Counted from the first letter of the stretch, positions 27,601 to 42,600 are shown. The stretch is DNA of 64,000 bases from Balanoglossus misakiensis (GCA_040954595.2 CM082582.2:3952303-4016302), one strand, 5' to 3'. Notes: a model not told the origin generated them from the sequence alone. Numbers and translations are program-made.

Positions 27601-30600
27601 TTATTTCATCCTACCTGACTTGCCAATTTTCAGTATTGTTTTATGCAAGAAGGCATGTCTTGGTAACACTCACTTGTACTTTCATGAGAGATTTCGTGAA
27701 GCAAACCCAATACTAACGAAATTGATATTGATGGAGAATGTTGGTACAATTTCCCCCCTTTTTAAAAACCCCCTTACTGGGAAAAAGTCTGCATGCATTG
27801 TTTTGATGCTTTTTTGTGTATTTTGTTGATTGCTTGAAAGCTGGATCTTGGCACTTCTTGTACATTGATGAAGGGGATATCAATGTGCCATATGAAGTGA
27901 ATGTCAAATTAGCCAATGACTGTTGTAGTCATAACTATATCGAGTGTGCTATGATTACAGTGTGTTCACTTGGCATGGAAACAGGAAAGATCATAGCGTG
28001 ACAGTTATAAATGTCATCATGGTACTAAACTTTGACTCTCCATTTTGTCTGGTTATTACCCGACTGATCAAACCAACAACAGCTAGGCACAGTTCACATT
28101 AACACAAGTATGTTTTAGCACACGGCTCTTTGCAGAGCATATTTGTCATAATGATAAACTTGAAAACATGTTCTTCATTTAAATGACTCATTTCAGAGTA
28201 CATTGTTCATTAAAATTTCCTTCATTACCTTTTTAATGAAACCTTTGTAATTATCATATATAAACTGAAACACAGTGAGATTGTTTTCAGCTATATTTTT
28301 TAAATTTTGAGTTGTGACTGTATGCATGTTTATCTTAAACTGGTAACTCGATCATCCATACTATATCTTAAAATTGCTGCATAAGTACCTTTAGAAAACA
28401 ATGAGAATCTTCTGTCAGACTCAGCGTGATACAAATTCTTTTTGGTAGACGTTATTGATCAGTTTCTCTGCTGCTACTTTTCTTGAAGCCAATAATAAAA
28501 TAAATGAGAAGAAATCTAAGAGTTCAGTCTCCAAAGATGACCAAGATGTCTTGCAGTTTCTTCGATTTGGAGTAACAGAATCTACACCTGAAATAAGTGA
28601 GTTCTGTTCAAAAATGGTCACTTGCACGGTGGAGACTATACAAAGTACACTTGGTGTATGAACTTCTTAACATAAATATACATAATTGTACAATGGTTGT
28701 ATTCTAAACATTTCATGTTAATCAGCCATAGGTAGATTAGGACAATATTAACTAAAACTAGAATAATGAAGTACCTGTATTAGTAATGCAAAATCATAGA
28801 TAAACCAATAAAAGCTTTGTGAACTAGATGAATGAACTAATGTACATCATAGATAAACTAACAAACCTCTATGAATGTTACAGTAAAGAGAAAATTGTAG
28901 TTCTCAGAACAAAATGGTTTTTAGAGGTGAAATAGTGTACAGCTTGATGGAGTAACTGTCAATATTATCACATTGAAAAGGAACGTTTCTGCACTATATT
29001 AGTGTTGAAGTGAAAATATGAGAAATAACATAGTTCTGTACTGGTACTCACAACCTATAATACTTTGAAGTATGCATGGTGATGATGTGAAAATTAATTG
29101 GTTTATCAGCATGAGTTGAAAAACCTTAGAAATGTGTTATAATGTAGCATGACATATAATACAGACCCCAAATCTGCATTTTGATAACAATAAAGCATTC
29201 ATAAGTTGTTATAACTTCTGAATCTGAAGGAATTTTTTCGCATATGTTTTGACATGTTACTCGATTTAAATCACAATCAAGGTTCCTCTTCAAGTTCAAC
29301 TCCGAGAAGTAATCTCACCCCGTCTGATGAAATCGTTGATCATTCCAATGTCGATGATAAGGGAGGTCATGTCCCTAGTGAGTAAATATTTCAAACATAC
29401 TTTCAGAAGTTGACTTATAACATGTTTTTTATTCTCTTCTTCATGTCATGTGCAGACACATCATGACATCATGAGACCGAACAAGTACATGTAATATAAA
29501 ACTCATTCCAGTATTTGTTATTATCTCTTCTTGCTCTATTGCATCTTTTGGTTGCTTTCAGTTGCAGCTAAAGGCTGTGGTTTTCACTTCAATTTCTGTA
29601 ACTCTGGACTTCTTGGCATCGTATCAAAACAAACCACCACTTGAGATAAACTACATGGAGTGCTACCAGAATTGATCGAAAATCCTTCATCAAAGTCTTG
29701 GTACTTGTTGCGGACTTTTTATCTCTTTCATTCCCTTGTTCTCATATCTCATCCCACTTTTTCTGTTTCTCTTCATTTCTTCTCCTTCACCTTCTGTCAC
29801 TCAAAGACCTCCGCGACATTAGTTTGGAACAAACAGGAAAGGAAATGAAAGACAGTCATTCCAGAGTAACATTAGATGATGACGTACCAAACCATGAGAA
29901 AAAAGACCTAACAATAACTGTAGTAGATGAAGACAGTAATTCACCCATGAGAAATTCACTTTCTGGAATGGCTACAAAAGACATTTCCTTGAGCAATAGA
30001 CTGAAAGACTTGCTCCCTTCTATCAGTATTGAAGATGAAGTTTTTGTTGATGATAAAAGTGAAACAGAATCTGAGGAACCTGAAAGTCGCAGGTTAAGAC
30101 TAAACTTTGTCAGTCTGAGAACAGTTACATTGAGTTCCTCAGGCAGTAGTCCTTCGACACCAACCGGTGCGCAGGAAATGCTTTTTCCCAGTGCAACAAA
30201 CACTGACCAGATCCACGCATCTTCTGATGATTGTCATACGCAAGACAAGAATACTGATGAGAGAAACTTTTCTATCAGGGAACAGTCTTATGAAAAAGAG
30301 GAGGGTTATAAAATGGATGGAAATGGATTTTCCGCACAGAAACATCCAACGGAAGACACAGATGACAGTGATGTTATGAAGCTTCTGTCCTGTGGGTTGG
30401 AGAACATTTCATCCATCGAGTCCGAAACGGCTATTCAAGATCAACCCGTATCCTCCACCACTTTGGAAGCTGAAGAAGCAGTACCTGAAAATGTTGTTAC
30501 TTTGAAATGGGAAAATAAAACCCCAGAGACTAGTTCAGATGCTAAAAAACATTCTAAAGATGAAAAGCGGATTACACCCAGAGCCAGTCGTTCAAGTCTA

Positions 30601-33600
30601 CGAGGTGTCAAACTACAATCTTCCAGGTCACAAAGTAGCGTTGAAGACTGCACTGAGCTTTTCTCAGAGAAATCGACTCCACAAGTCGATGCTGAAACGG
30701 AAGTCAGTACTAGAGATGAAGTAAGTCTGAATGATGCCAGCAAAGGCTATATCAAATACGCCACAGAAATTGTGGACCAGGAAACAGACGATAATGTTGC
30801 GAATATAGAAAAAACACGGACAATTTCAGTAGCTTTGGAAGAAGAAGTGGCCAGTGGCAATGAGCAAGAGAATGCCCTCAAGATCAAGCCAGCTGAGTTA
30901 CTGTATGAGCCAGTGTCTGTCAGTATTACTGGAGAAATGGGTTTGGAGGAAGCATTACTCATGGAAACCAGAAAGAAATTGAGGTGCATGTCATTCACTG
31001 AAGAGGAATTTGTTGAGGCAGAGATCAGCAAAGACGATGTAGATGGCTTTGAACATAAACAGATTAAAGTTGCCACTTCAACTGAAATGTACGAAAGATG
31101 TGATGTTGTCGGTGTTAAGATTGAAGTTATTCTCGAGCAACCTGTGGTGGTGTCCTCCGCAGAAGTGCCAATGGAAGTTGCGGAGTGGACAAAACTTGAT
31201 GTTTTGACGGCTGAAATTAAAGACGAGGCAGAACATCAGAGGAAAGAAGATAGGCGTCGAGAAACAGAGAGTGATGAGCAGAAAGGGACACAACTGAAAG
31301 ACTCGGACGATAAAACTACACAAGTGGAGTCTGGTAGAAAGTATAGACCATACAGCAGAAGATGGCAAGAGGAGGAAGAGGAGGAAGAAGACGTCATGAG
31401 TTTTCTCTCTCGGGGATTCTCAACAAGGAGGAGAAAGAGACTTGATGATGATGAAGAAGATGATGTCTTAAAGATGCTTTCACAAGGTGTAGCTGAAGCG
31501 TCCGTGACAGTAACCAAAGATGTTGAACCTCAAGACTCTGATCAAGATTATAAAGTTGTGTATGAGAAGGGTGATATTGAGAAGAGGGAAGAGGACACTG
31601 ATGAATCTGTTGTTGAATTTAAAGTTTTCCTCGGTGACGCGATAGAATCCGTAGAAGAGGAAGAAAGGGTTTATGAAACAGAATCAGAGAGTGGACAGGA
31701 GAAGGATGATGCCATTAAACAGAGGAGAGAGCTTGCCTCCGTTGATGCTCAAGATGTTGCGGAACAAGACGAGAGATTGTCGTATAAAAGCGATGATGAC
31801 GATGAGTCTACTAGCGTCCGTCTTGACTTCTACCAAGGTGGGGAGACCGATACATCCTTTTTGGAAACCGACAGCGAAGCTGCGTTTGCAGACGACGAAG
31901 AAGACGATGTAATGGCCTTTCTGTCCGGTGGCTTTTCGGCCTCTCGGAGGAGACGCCAGTTTTACAGAGCCCCGCAAGCAGATGATGAGGAAGAAGATAT
32001 CCTTAAATTCCTCTCAGAGGGTGTCACTGACACTGAAGTTACAGTATCGCTTCCCAGGGGTCGACATGAAGAGGAGAGCTTGGTTGATGTAAGTCATGAG
32101 GAGGTGAGGGTGGCACTTCCTTACAAAGAAAAAGTGGAAGTCAGCGAACAAGAGAGTGAGGATGACACTCTGAAAGGATCTTCAGATGAGGACTCCGATA
32201 CCACTCTTGAAATGGAAGAATACATCAATGACTATGATGAGGGAGAGTATGAAATTGAAGAGTTGCCACCAGAAGATGCCTTCATCAGACCGTTGAAGTT
32301 GGTCCTTTCAGAAGACAGGGAGGATGGCTACGACGAAAATGATGAAGTAGCGGAGTCGGTGTCTGACTCTGCAGATTTGTTGGTTGACAGACGACTCCAC
32401 ACCATCCCAGAAGAAGAGGAGGGAGAAGACGAGGATGTGCGAAGGTGGCAGTCAGAGGCTGATACTGCGTACGGGTCTGCTCCAGAATCAGAAGGCTCAT
32501 CTACAGATGACGACGATGTGAGGTTAGATCGAGGAAGTGAAACCCAAGGCAAGATTCTCCAAAGAAAGGTTGTTTCTTACAAATTAAAAGAACCAGAGGA
32601 GGAGGAAGAGGAAGAAGATGTGATGCAGTTTCTTTCAAGAGGTTTCAGTGGTGGTAGATCTCAGAGTAGGGTTGCCAAAGCAGCAGTGGAGGAGGATGAA
32701 GATGACATCATGGCATTACTGAGCAGAGGGTTTGCTGCAAGCGCCCCGGAGGAACCATCTGAAGACTTTCTGGAAGAACCGGAAAAAGATGTGGCATTGG
32801 AGAAAATTGTGCGCATCAGCTATCCAGAGGAAGAGGCTGAGGATTTGGATCGAGAACTTGAAACGAGTGACAGTGGTGAGTCGGTTGAAAGCAGTGGAGA
32901 GAGCGAGAGTGAAGAAGATCTTGAAAAGTTAGAGATCATCGAAGAAAGCGATATCACAGATACAGAGGTCGAAGAGGCTGTTTCCGAGGTTGATGATACA
33001 CCGTCAGGTTTTCGATACGGCAGATCGAGAAGATCCACCTGGGAAGATGATGAGGAAGAGTATGTGCCAAGAGTTGGAAGAAGGTCAAGATACTCTGATT
33101 ATTCCTACGAAGAATATGACAAAGAAGATGACATTATGGCCTTACTTTCTGGTGGTGATACAAGTCTCTCAGGGTCAATTACATCAGTGACAGATCTCTC
33201 AGAAGATGAACGGTTCATTTCTGAAGAGGAACCTGAAGTTTTCCTGTCGAGAGCACGAGAACTGGAGCTAATGGAAGAAAGATATTACGTACCTAACATA
33301 CTGGAAGAGTATGATTTGTACAGTGAGTGTGAACAGGCTGAAGTTTCTCTGTACAAGACTGAGGAATTTTTGGACAGACAGGTGTCCACTTTTGGTGTCG
33401 GTATTATCGGAAGAATCCCTGGAGATTTGGAAGAGAAAATTGAGGAACAGATTTTCAAGGACCGAGAAGAAGTGGTTCTAGAGATCATCGTTAAAGCGAA
33501 TGAATATTCAGAGTGCGATTATGCTCTAGAAATTCTCAGTTGGCTTTCAGTTGAAGAATGGCATAGTAAAGAAGCATCTGTTGTCGAGGTTGAGGATCAG

Positions 33601-36600
33601 CCCCTGGAGAGTGAAGTGATACTCGTCTCCGTGGAAGTGAGGGATGCGGGATTGGAAGCTCTGGCTGGTTATGCATTGTCAGAACCTGGATGGAAAGAAG
33701 TCTCCAGCAAGATCGAAGAAACAGCAGACCTACTAAAACATATGGTGGAACAGGGCGCATCTGCTCCCAGTGGTGCTGTGTCTACACCTGAAAGTGAGTC
33801 TGATGTGCATGTTCATTGGGCCTTTAACCGTGTGGTAGTAACAACAGTCGAAAGGCATGGCAAACAATTAACAACATGCAGGAAGTTACAACACTAGAAT
33901 TACACAAGATGATATGCATGACGTCATTCCAAATTCTAAGCTGCCACTGACTAACTAAGGAGTAATAGTCAATTGTACGGTCATTGATGAACCAAGATAT
34001 CCCAGAGGATTTCTAAACACACTATATTGAACAGTATACTAACGACTGTGATCGATCAATGATCCAATGCCGTAATATGATAATACATTAACTTTGTCAT
34101 GAACCAGTACTGGACGGAGGACTTCGAAGGAATGTGGAGTGAACTCTGTTTAGATCTGTTCTGCTGTTCATAAAGAAGATGTGTTACTCACACTTATGAA
34201 ATACTTCAATTTAATAATCTTCGCATGAGAAGACAAACTTCACTGACTTAAAGCATGCACGACGTGACAGTTATGTCTTTGTCTCTCTGCATCGCCAAAC
34301 TTCGTTACACCATTTTTCTTTCAAAGGTGATGCAACAGCAGCATCCATGAAAGATCTTTTCCATCATCTCGATGCGTTTAGTGAGTATTTCATTTCAGAA
34401 TTTTGAGTGTGCTGGGCATGGTTTGGGTACCTTAACATAGCATGCAGATGAGCTGTGTTCATCTCAAATAGAACACTTTTACTGGGTTTTATTCAGCAAT
34501 TGCTGCAGGTTCAGTCAGAAAAATATAATACTTTAACCCATGTAGGTGCATCTGGATTTACATTTGTAATTTCTACCATGGCTAACCTAGAGTTGAACTA
34601 ACCTAGTTCAACCTTGTGTTGGTTGAATCATAGACGGTATGGTTGAATCAAGCTCATAGTTATTGATTTACTTGACTATATGGAGCATGATAGAAAATGT
34701 TCACCATAAACCATTAGATCCCTCATACTGAATTATAATCTAATGTACATATTACTAAACAAAGATTGTGTAGACCATAGATGTATTGGCATTTTTCAAG
34801 TGTGTTTTATTCTTTGTACTGATATAATAAACACATGAACTAAGTGACATACTGAATCCAGAGGAATGGGCATTGCTGGTAACATTTAACCTGCATCTTT
34901 CCTTCACGTCTATAACACTTTTCCAATTCATCTTTTTTTCAACCCTCATACCTTTTTGGTCTCCTCTTTTTTGATGCTGTGTGTGTGTCTATCATCTTCC
35001 CCAATATAAGATACATTCTACCAACCGGCTACCTTAATGGCCAGTGTTACAGCCTATGCCCGTGAGTATCCAAAACCCCCCTTCAACCCATTTATTTTCT
35101 TTTCTTTCCAAATATTTCCAAATCCATCCATTGCATTGCCTTATCTTTGACTTTTTCTTGGGAATTGTGGCTTTTCTTCACAGTTGGGATATTTATGCCG
35201 GCTTTCTCAGCTGGTTTGTACATTGGTAATTGTCTGAGGCCGTCTTCCAAGACAGGTACTCAGAAAGGTTCTGTTGTACCCGTCATCTCATCTTCACCAA
35301 CTATTGAAGGTACAGCTTTGCTTTTAATTTTATGCATGTAGGCATTCTTAATTTAAGTTGAATATCCTTGAGGATCCACAATAAGAAATTCATTTGGTGA
35401 CCATCAATTCAAAGAGATAATCAGCCTGCTGGTTGTGTTTGGTCTCTACTTGCGTCACTGATGAGATAATAGTAGAATAATGGTAGATCATTATTTGGTG
35501 TGTACTCTCATAGTGATGACATAATATTAGAATAATGATAGAATATCATAAGCATAACACATGCACAATTGTAGACATCAAACTACTATGAATATGTATA
35601 TAAAAACCATAATTATTCCTGCAAGTTGACTGCTGTAATAATTTGACTATCCCAATATTTAAGGAAAAGTCATTTGTATTTCGACTCTAGAAATTTAACC
35701 ATGACCGAAAATTACAATTTCGTCACCTTTGAAAAATCAATACCAACTTCATCGGAATTTATTATGGAGAGGGCAGTGTGTCATGTACACTGATGTTTCA
35801 TTTCTCCCTAAGAACTTCCCTCGGATAAATGCGTGTGTCCAATCCACAAGATTGTACTTCCAGAAAATGCAGAGGTTATATCAGATGAAAGTGAGTACAG
35901 TGACTACAGCATGGTCTTTTAGACTAATAGAACTGACTCTTTGATATAACATGGTGTAGTTCATTGTACGGAATTGACAGAGTGATGTTGCATGGTGTGC
36001 TCATCAAATTTCTTTGGGGGAGAAAAACATTCACAACGTGAACTGTGTACTGTAGCCATTTCATGATGAGAGGACATGAAGCCTTTGAATTTGAGATTGG
36101 ATGGTGGTGTGACCAAAAGTAGGTAATCCATCAGCAGAAACCAGGAGATGGAATGGAACTTTTTGCTTCTTACGTTGTGATTGTGTCGATATACCATCTG
36201 TCTTAAATGCTGACTCGTCTCAGTTTCAATGGCCAACCAGTTTAGTATAACTTACAACTAATTCATTAACTTCTCTAGGGAACAGACATTTTTTATCCTT
36301 TTTTAGCATGATGTATTTTCTAATCAGGTAGTTTTGATCAATGATTGGTGTCAACTGAAGTCTTGATCTCTGTCGAGTACAGTACTATTATCTAAGTTAG
36401 GGTTGTGTGCTGTGGTTGATCCAGCATTACAATTATCTCAAAATCTTTTGAATTATGATGACAGGAAGTTGGATTTGAGAATCAGAGTATTCTTGCCATT
36501 TTAATTCAGCAGACTGTAAAAAGTTAAAAATCATGTTTCTTGGTGTCCTTGACAGGAAAGGTAGCATGCCCAATTACTTGACCAAATTAACATGTCTGAG

Positions 36601-39600
36601 TTGAAGTTGATAGACAGAACACAGCATAATTTTTAAATGACAGGTGTTCTGAAAATTTGATTAGTTTGGTTGCAAATTTCCAATTGTTCTGTAAAGAATC
36701 ATGACAGAACATCTTTATAACATGACACATTAATCGGTGCAGTGCTTTTGGTTTTCATAACAGTGTTATTTGGTATTAACTATTGAAACAAGAATTTTCG
36801 AATTGATTGCCCAATATTGACCCTTGATTTTGTACTTCTCTCCCTGACAAACAAAAATCCACAAATATTAGAAGGAAATAAATGTGAGAAAGAAAAAGAG
36901 GATCTTCAGATCGACAATAAAACAGGAGCACAACACGGTAATGATCAAAGCTCACATGTTGACCAAAACAGGAAAATTGCAAAAGGTACTCAGGAGAAAA
37001 AACTCAAAGGTACTTGTGTGAGTGGGTTTTGCACCAAGAAATCACACTATTCGTAATATATACTTTCTAAGGGATTACATACAGACTACAAATTAGAAAG
37101 ATTTGTACAGGGTATCTGTAATATATTCATCAAAGTTTTGCCATTCTGGCTGCCTTAAATAGGTTTTTACTTCATACTAGGGGGTCAAATCACATTAATA
37201 ACTGCATTCTGGGTAAAAGGTCGACAACTCACTGCAGTAAGAGAAAAAGAAGAAATGATATGTTAACTGTATTTCATGTCTTCTGTTGGTCAGACATTTC
37301 TGTCTATATAGTTAGCATATTAATTTCATAAAATTTTTTTCATATTTGATTTTAACAAAATTTCATGATAACCCAGTATCACTTTATCTTATGAACTTCC
37401 ATTTCTTAACCATGGCAAAAATCGGCCATCTTGAAATTGTGTCGACCATATGAGATTTTCATCACTCACCTAGGTAGCAAAAACATATTTAAGGTAGCGA
37501 GAATTACAGGGGTACCCAGTGATTATTTTATGAATCCCATGGAAAGTATATGTGTGATTTGTTTCACTGATACAGCACAGTGTGTTTTGTAACTTCAATA
37601 TGTCATCACGTTTCACTTAAGAAAATTTGTGGAGTGGTTTCCGTGATCCACGTCCTAATAACATTTCGAACCCCTTTAGTTGATCGTATCCGTCTTTCCT
37701 TTTCTTTCCTTCCCATTTCATTACCAAGGCGGTGAGGATTTGGATTTTCTTGAGCTGATAGAACAGGGTGATTCCCAGGTCTTTGACAGTGAGTAGAGTC
37801 TACACGCATGACATGGTTCATTTATATACTCCCCCCCCCCCAACATAGCATAAGCTAAATGTCCTGTTGTTCTAACCCTTTGTAGATAGTAATGCACCCA
37901 AAATGTATTCACATCCAAAAATTTCCACGTATATCTTATTAGGTGTATGTGCTTTTTAGGTAAAAATTTCCAAAATCTTTGTTTCATATATACCACACAT
38001 TATATTGATTCAGATCAGTACTTGACCTCAATATTTGATATGCACATTTGTACATGCAGAAGGAAAGACATAGATGAGCTGGCCAGATGAAACGTTGAAG
38101 TTGAATATTCGACTTAAAAAAGAGGACCGCAGTATGCATGTAGTTAAAATAAAATGAAATTAAGACATGCTTGGATGAATTCCTGTCATGTAATTCTCTT
38201 CCTTTCTTCCTGTCTTCAGAAGATGAAAAGTTTGTTACAGTCCCTGCTGGTAAGTTCATATCAGCGATAATTGTGCCCTTACCAGATTAATCCATTTGAA
38301 CAGGAATGCAAAAAAAAAAAAAAAATATTGCATCTTGTATAGAATTTTTTATACCAGGGTTCTTTCTTTAACATGCAAGGGTTTGCAAAGAAATATCAAT
38401 GCATTCTTCAAGTTTAAATTCTAGTTGATAATAGCAAGGCAGTGATAATGCATAATGATTGACATAAATAGAGATTTCTTGAGAAGAAACATTGATGACT
38501 TATATGACACTGACTTGTGACATCGTTGGATGCCTGTCAGTTTGTGTGGTGTAGCAATCTGTTATGTTTAAAACATGATGTAATGTGCTCATGTACCTCT
38601 TCCCTATGTGAAGGAAATGATGCATCTTCTAGAAAAACAATCAAGAGACTTGAACCTAAAGAAGATAGTAAGTTTGGATAATGTGCTTGCGTTTGCCGTG
38701 TTGCCTTGCTATGCTGTGATATACCTTTGGGTGCCATGTTCTGAATGGTCGCCTGGACTCTCACACCCACCACCCTCCCACCAATAGCAGTTTTTTGTTG
38801 TTGAAGTTTTTGATGTATACTCACTTCATAGTTTGTTCACTGAAAGGTCCACTATCTGTAACTTTTGGCTGTTTCTTCAGTATTTTTTATTTGATTTATA
38901 TAATAGGTTATCATTCACATGAGCTCAGGTACAGGTCCGGTTTGGGTATAGTATATTGCGAACTTGCACATATGTATTGATCACTTTTCGGCCGCTGCAC
39001 GACTATCAACCATGGTTTCTTGTTCATCTCCCAACATAGCTCACCTGTGCATGATCAACATTGTTGTATTATATTCAAGTCAGGACTTGAATACATTTAT
39101 GAACAATAGCAATGATTGGTACACATACACTTGACTTGTTTAGAAGCAGAAAACAGTGTGTTAGGATACTATATGGAGATGAACAAGAAAATGTATTTGA
39201 TTTGATACAAAAACACACACAAAATACTGAAAAAATAGCCAGAAGTTACAGGTAGTGGCCCTTTATCTGTTACCATGCAGGGATGTATAGATACACTTAA
39301 CATAGCCAGCAAAACAATTTAGGATGTAGGTTCTTGTATTGTTACCTGTGGATAACACTTTTGCAGATTTTCTGTTGAACTGATATACAGCCGTCTGTTT
39401 TTTTCAACCCACAGCTGATTGTTTTAGCTGGCTCATCTCCTACATCACTGTCATTATAGTGACCCATACACATAGCCACTTCCAGTTTTACCAATCCGTC
39501 TATCCCATGATCTCTGCGTAGTTTCACACCAACAAATTTCTGTGTCCACATTTATGTGGTTCGTGTATAGTCCATGTCAGTGATCTTAGTTTGGATCAGT

Positions 39601-42600
39601 GTTGGTGCCAAATGAAAGTCTCACTGTTTGGCAGTGCAATATGTAGCCCGGTACACTCCTGGATATATAACTGGTGGCGTAATTCTTCTAATATGACGCA
39701 GTCTTGTCAGTACTTGTCTGAGAAACTTCAGAATGTTCTGTAGCTATCTCACTGTATCATCAGCGTACAATAGCAGTCCAGACGCAACTTAACTAAAGTG
39801 GACTACAGCTGTCAGTGCTCAGCCAGGTTATGATCAGTTTTTAGAGTGCCAAGTCCATGCATGAAATCTTTCAAGTAGGTTTAAAGTTTATGCTGACCGG
39901 TCTGAGAGAAAACTTTCTTCTTTCTACAAAGGTGCCCTAGCTGCAACTATAAAACACTACAAACAACACAGATCAGAAGGAGACGAAAGTAAGCCTCTTT
40001 CCATCAGTTTTGAAGATTCCTTTTTTTCCCCTGTTGAGATTTCTTAGCTGTCTTCTTGTCGTTTGTGAATCTCATCTATCGTCTTCTTCCCTCCTCCTTC
40101 TCAAGGAGATTACAGACCATCTTATTTGAAGCAGAAACCAGCTGACTTAACAGCTGATGTTGGAAGTGAGTATTCCTTGTGGCTACAGGCAGCTTATGGC
40201 TCGGGTTTGCTATGTCTTCATGCCTAACAGATATCTAATGTATCATAATTATATCATCATATGCTGCAACAGCAAAGGAAACTGATTCATACAATGTAAA
40301 TGTAAATATAATAACGTATGCTGTCCTGATAAATGATATGCAAACTTCGACTCAATATTGCTTGTGGAGCTTGTTCTAGGTTTTGTTTTTCAGTGATGTC
40401 AACTTTTTGATATCTCTTCTTTCCTAAAGGTGATTTTGTTCAAGTACAGAAGGACTATTATAACATGCTGTCTGATACATATGTTCTTGCATCTTTGAGT
40501 CATGCTGGTAGTAAGTACTTGAATCTGCTGATAACCAAACGAAAACACTTGTGTGTAGTTTTCTTATTAACCCAGCATGGCTTTTCTGACTTGAAAGTGA
40601 TGTCGTGGAATTCTAGTTCGAGGCTTGATTACTCCCGGTGTATACAGTAGTTGTCATTTTGAAGATCTTTGTGTGTTTTTTGTCACACGTAGTACCGGTA
40701 GATCTTGCTTGGTGAATTGTGTCTGTCCATGGTTTTGCTGGGACATCATTTAGAGTGCCAGTGAGATTGCAGTGAAATGCATTTAAGCATGGTTTGCTAT
40801 CTTCAATTAATCGCCCGTTACCTGCCTTGTGCATCACAGAATGTACAGTGCACTGCTACTAAGTAACACCACTGTGTTTAGAGTGTAGTCTTCTCCCAGA
40901 ATCTAGCAATGGTACCACCACATCACAGTATACTTGCATACAGCACAGTGTTACGGTAGTACTGTGTCATCACAGTATACTTACAAATGTATATACAGCA
41001 CAGTGTTAATCCCATGTCATCACAGTATACTCAAAGGAGAGGTGCACGCTTCTGCACAATTCACCTGAAATCTTGTTACAAAGATTTACAGGCTACTGAC
41101 GAAGGGCCTATTGTTTGCCCGTGTAGAAATGCCAACCCTTACACCATCTGATTCCGGGCAAAGTCCATTTTGGACCTCTACAAAGAGACCTTGCAGTGAA
41201 AGGGTTAAAGACAGTACAAAGTTTAGATTGTGTGGATATGTGTTTGTAGCTGCCGTGTGTCTTAACACAACCCTGTTTGCATTCTAATATCACCTCACCT
41301 GTCCATACACATTTAGTTAATTGTTCAAAATCTCTTTCTATTCCAAGGTGACCGCTCAAAACAAAAGTCTGACTCTGCAACTCAAGAGAGTAAGTGACAA
41401 TCTCTATGCCCCCACCCCCACTGATATCTATTTTTTGTGTACTTTTAACATGGGTTTGGTTTGCTGTGTTCCCAGTTGCACTTTTCTGATGATTTTGCTT
41501 TGGTTTTTCAAGGAGAGACTAGTGCCAGGCAGAAGTCCACTACCTCTGACACACAAGAGAGTGAGTGATTTGACACCTGTTTGTTTTTTTTGCACGTTTG
41601 ACTATTTCCTGTTTCCTCTTTGCACCATCCTCTCTTCCACTACTTTCTCTTCCATCAAATCTTGATGAGTCTTCATTATCTTTCTCTACCTCAAGGGGAA
41701 CGTAAGTCTCCAAAAGTCAAGATAGACTCTGTCAATTCACCAGAGGGTAGGTTTCAGTTTTTGTGAAATTGCGTGATTGGCGTTCTTTCCACCATTTGAG
41801 TTGATGTATTCTTGCCCGTCAGATTTTACATTCATATATTGTTTATTTTTATCCTTAAAAGCTGAGCTTCCTGTTGGTCCAATTTGGCCCAAACAGAAAC
41901 CTGAAGATGGCGAAACTCCAGACTGTAAGTCCCTTCTTCGGATGAATCCCTCTCTGTCTTTGCTTTGGGGTTTCTTTTGATTTCTCTATCACTGCATGTC
42001 TGGTGTTGCAGTGTTTCCTCACTTGATCTTTCATCCTGTATCAGTAGGCAAGTCTTCAAAGAGACTGGCTGAAACCACTTCTTTCTCTGAAATCTTGCTC
42101 TGTGAGTAACCTCCACTACTTTTTCTGTCAACTTCTTCCTTCCATATTGACTCATTGTGGTCAACATTCTGGAGTGCATGCCGCATGCCTTTATTTTGTC
42201 TCCTACTTTTCCACTTAATTTTGGTTATTTTCCGGGATAGAACCAGTCTGGGCGTGACTGTCACACTTGGGTTCTGAATACATGGTCACCTGTTAATGCT
42301 GCATGTTCTGAGACTTAACCCCCTTTCACCACCATGGTTCAGTCCGAATCCACTTTTTTTGTCCATGGTAAGCTTGGACCTCTAAAGAGGGAACTGGGGG
42401 TGATAGGGTTAAACTATATTCACCACTAGGGTGGTTAAATACATTGGAGATATGTGTATAATTGATTGAAGTACTTTTTTGTTCTTGTAAAGCTGGAGAG
42501 AGTGACTCATTAGTGAGTGAGAGTGAGTCGGGCACTGATCCTTTCACTGACGAAGCATCAGATCATGGTTGGTATAACGACTATTTTATCTACCATGCTA

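Noticed and set aside
21320-33760. Many minus-strand and alternative-frame ORFs overlapping the large exons (e.g. 22125-22532, 29856-30203, 31236-31517)
   Set aside because: Ser/Leu-rich shadows of the acidic + strand codons with no independent coding signal.
29698-33897. 1399-aa ORF as an independent intronless gene or transposon protein
   Set aside because: It starts at a TTG inside a pyrimidine tract, has no transposase or RT motifs, and is bounded by in-phase splice sites. It is better explained as an FHOD exon; the same logic applies to ORFs 21232-22926 and 51585-52994.
41084-41207. Possible extra AAG-acceptor exon ([12 protein letters not shown]...)
   Set aside because: No in-phase donor; the frame runs into a degenerate piggyBac-like MITE and stops at TGA. 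It could be a decayed exon but is unsupported.
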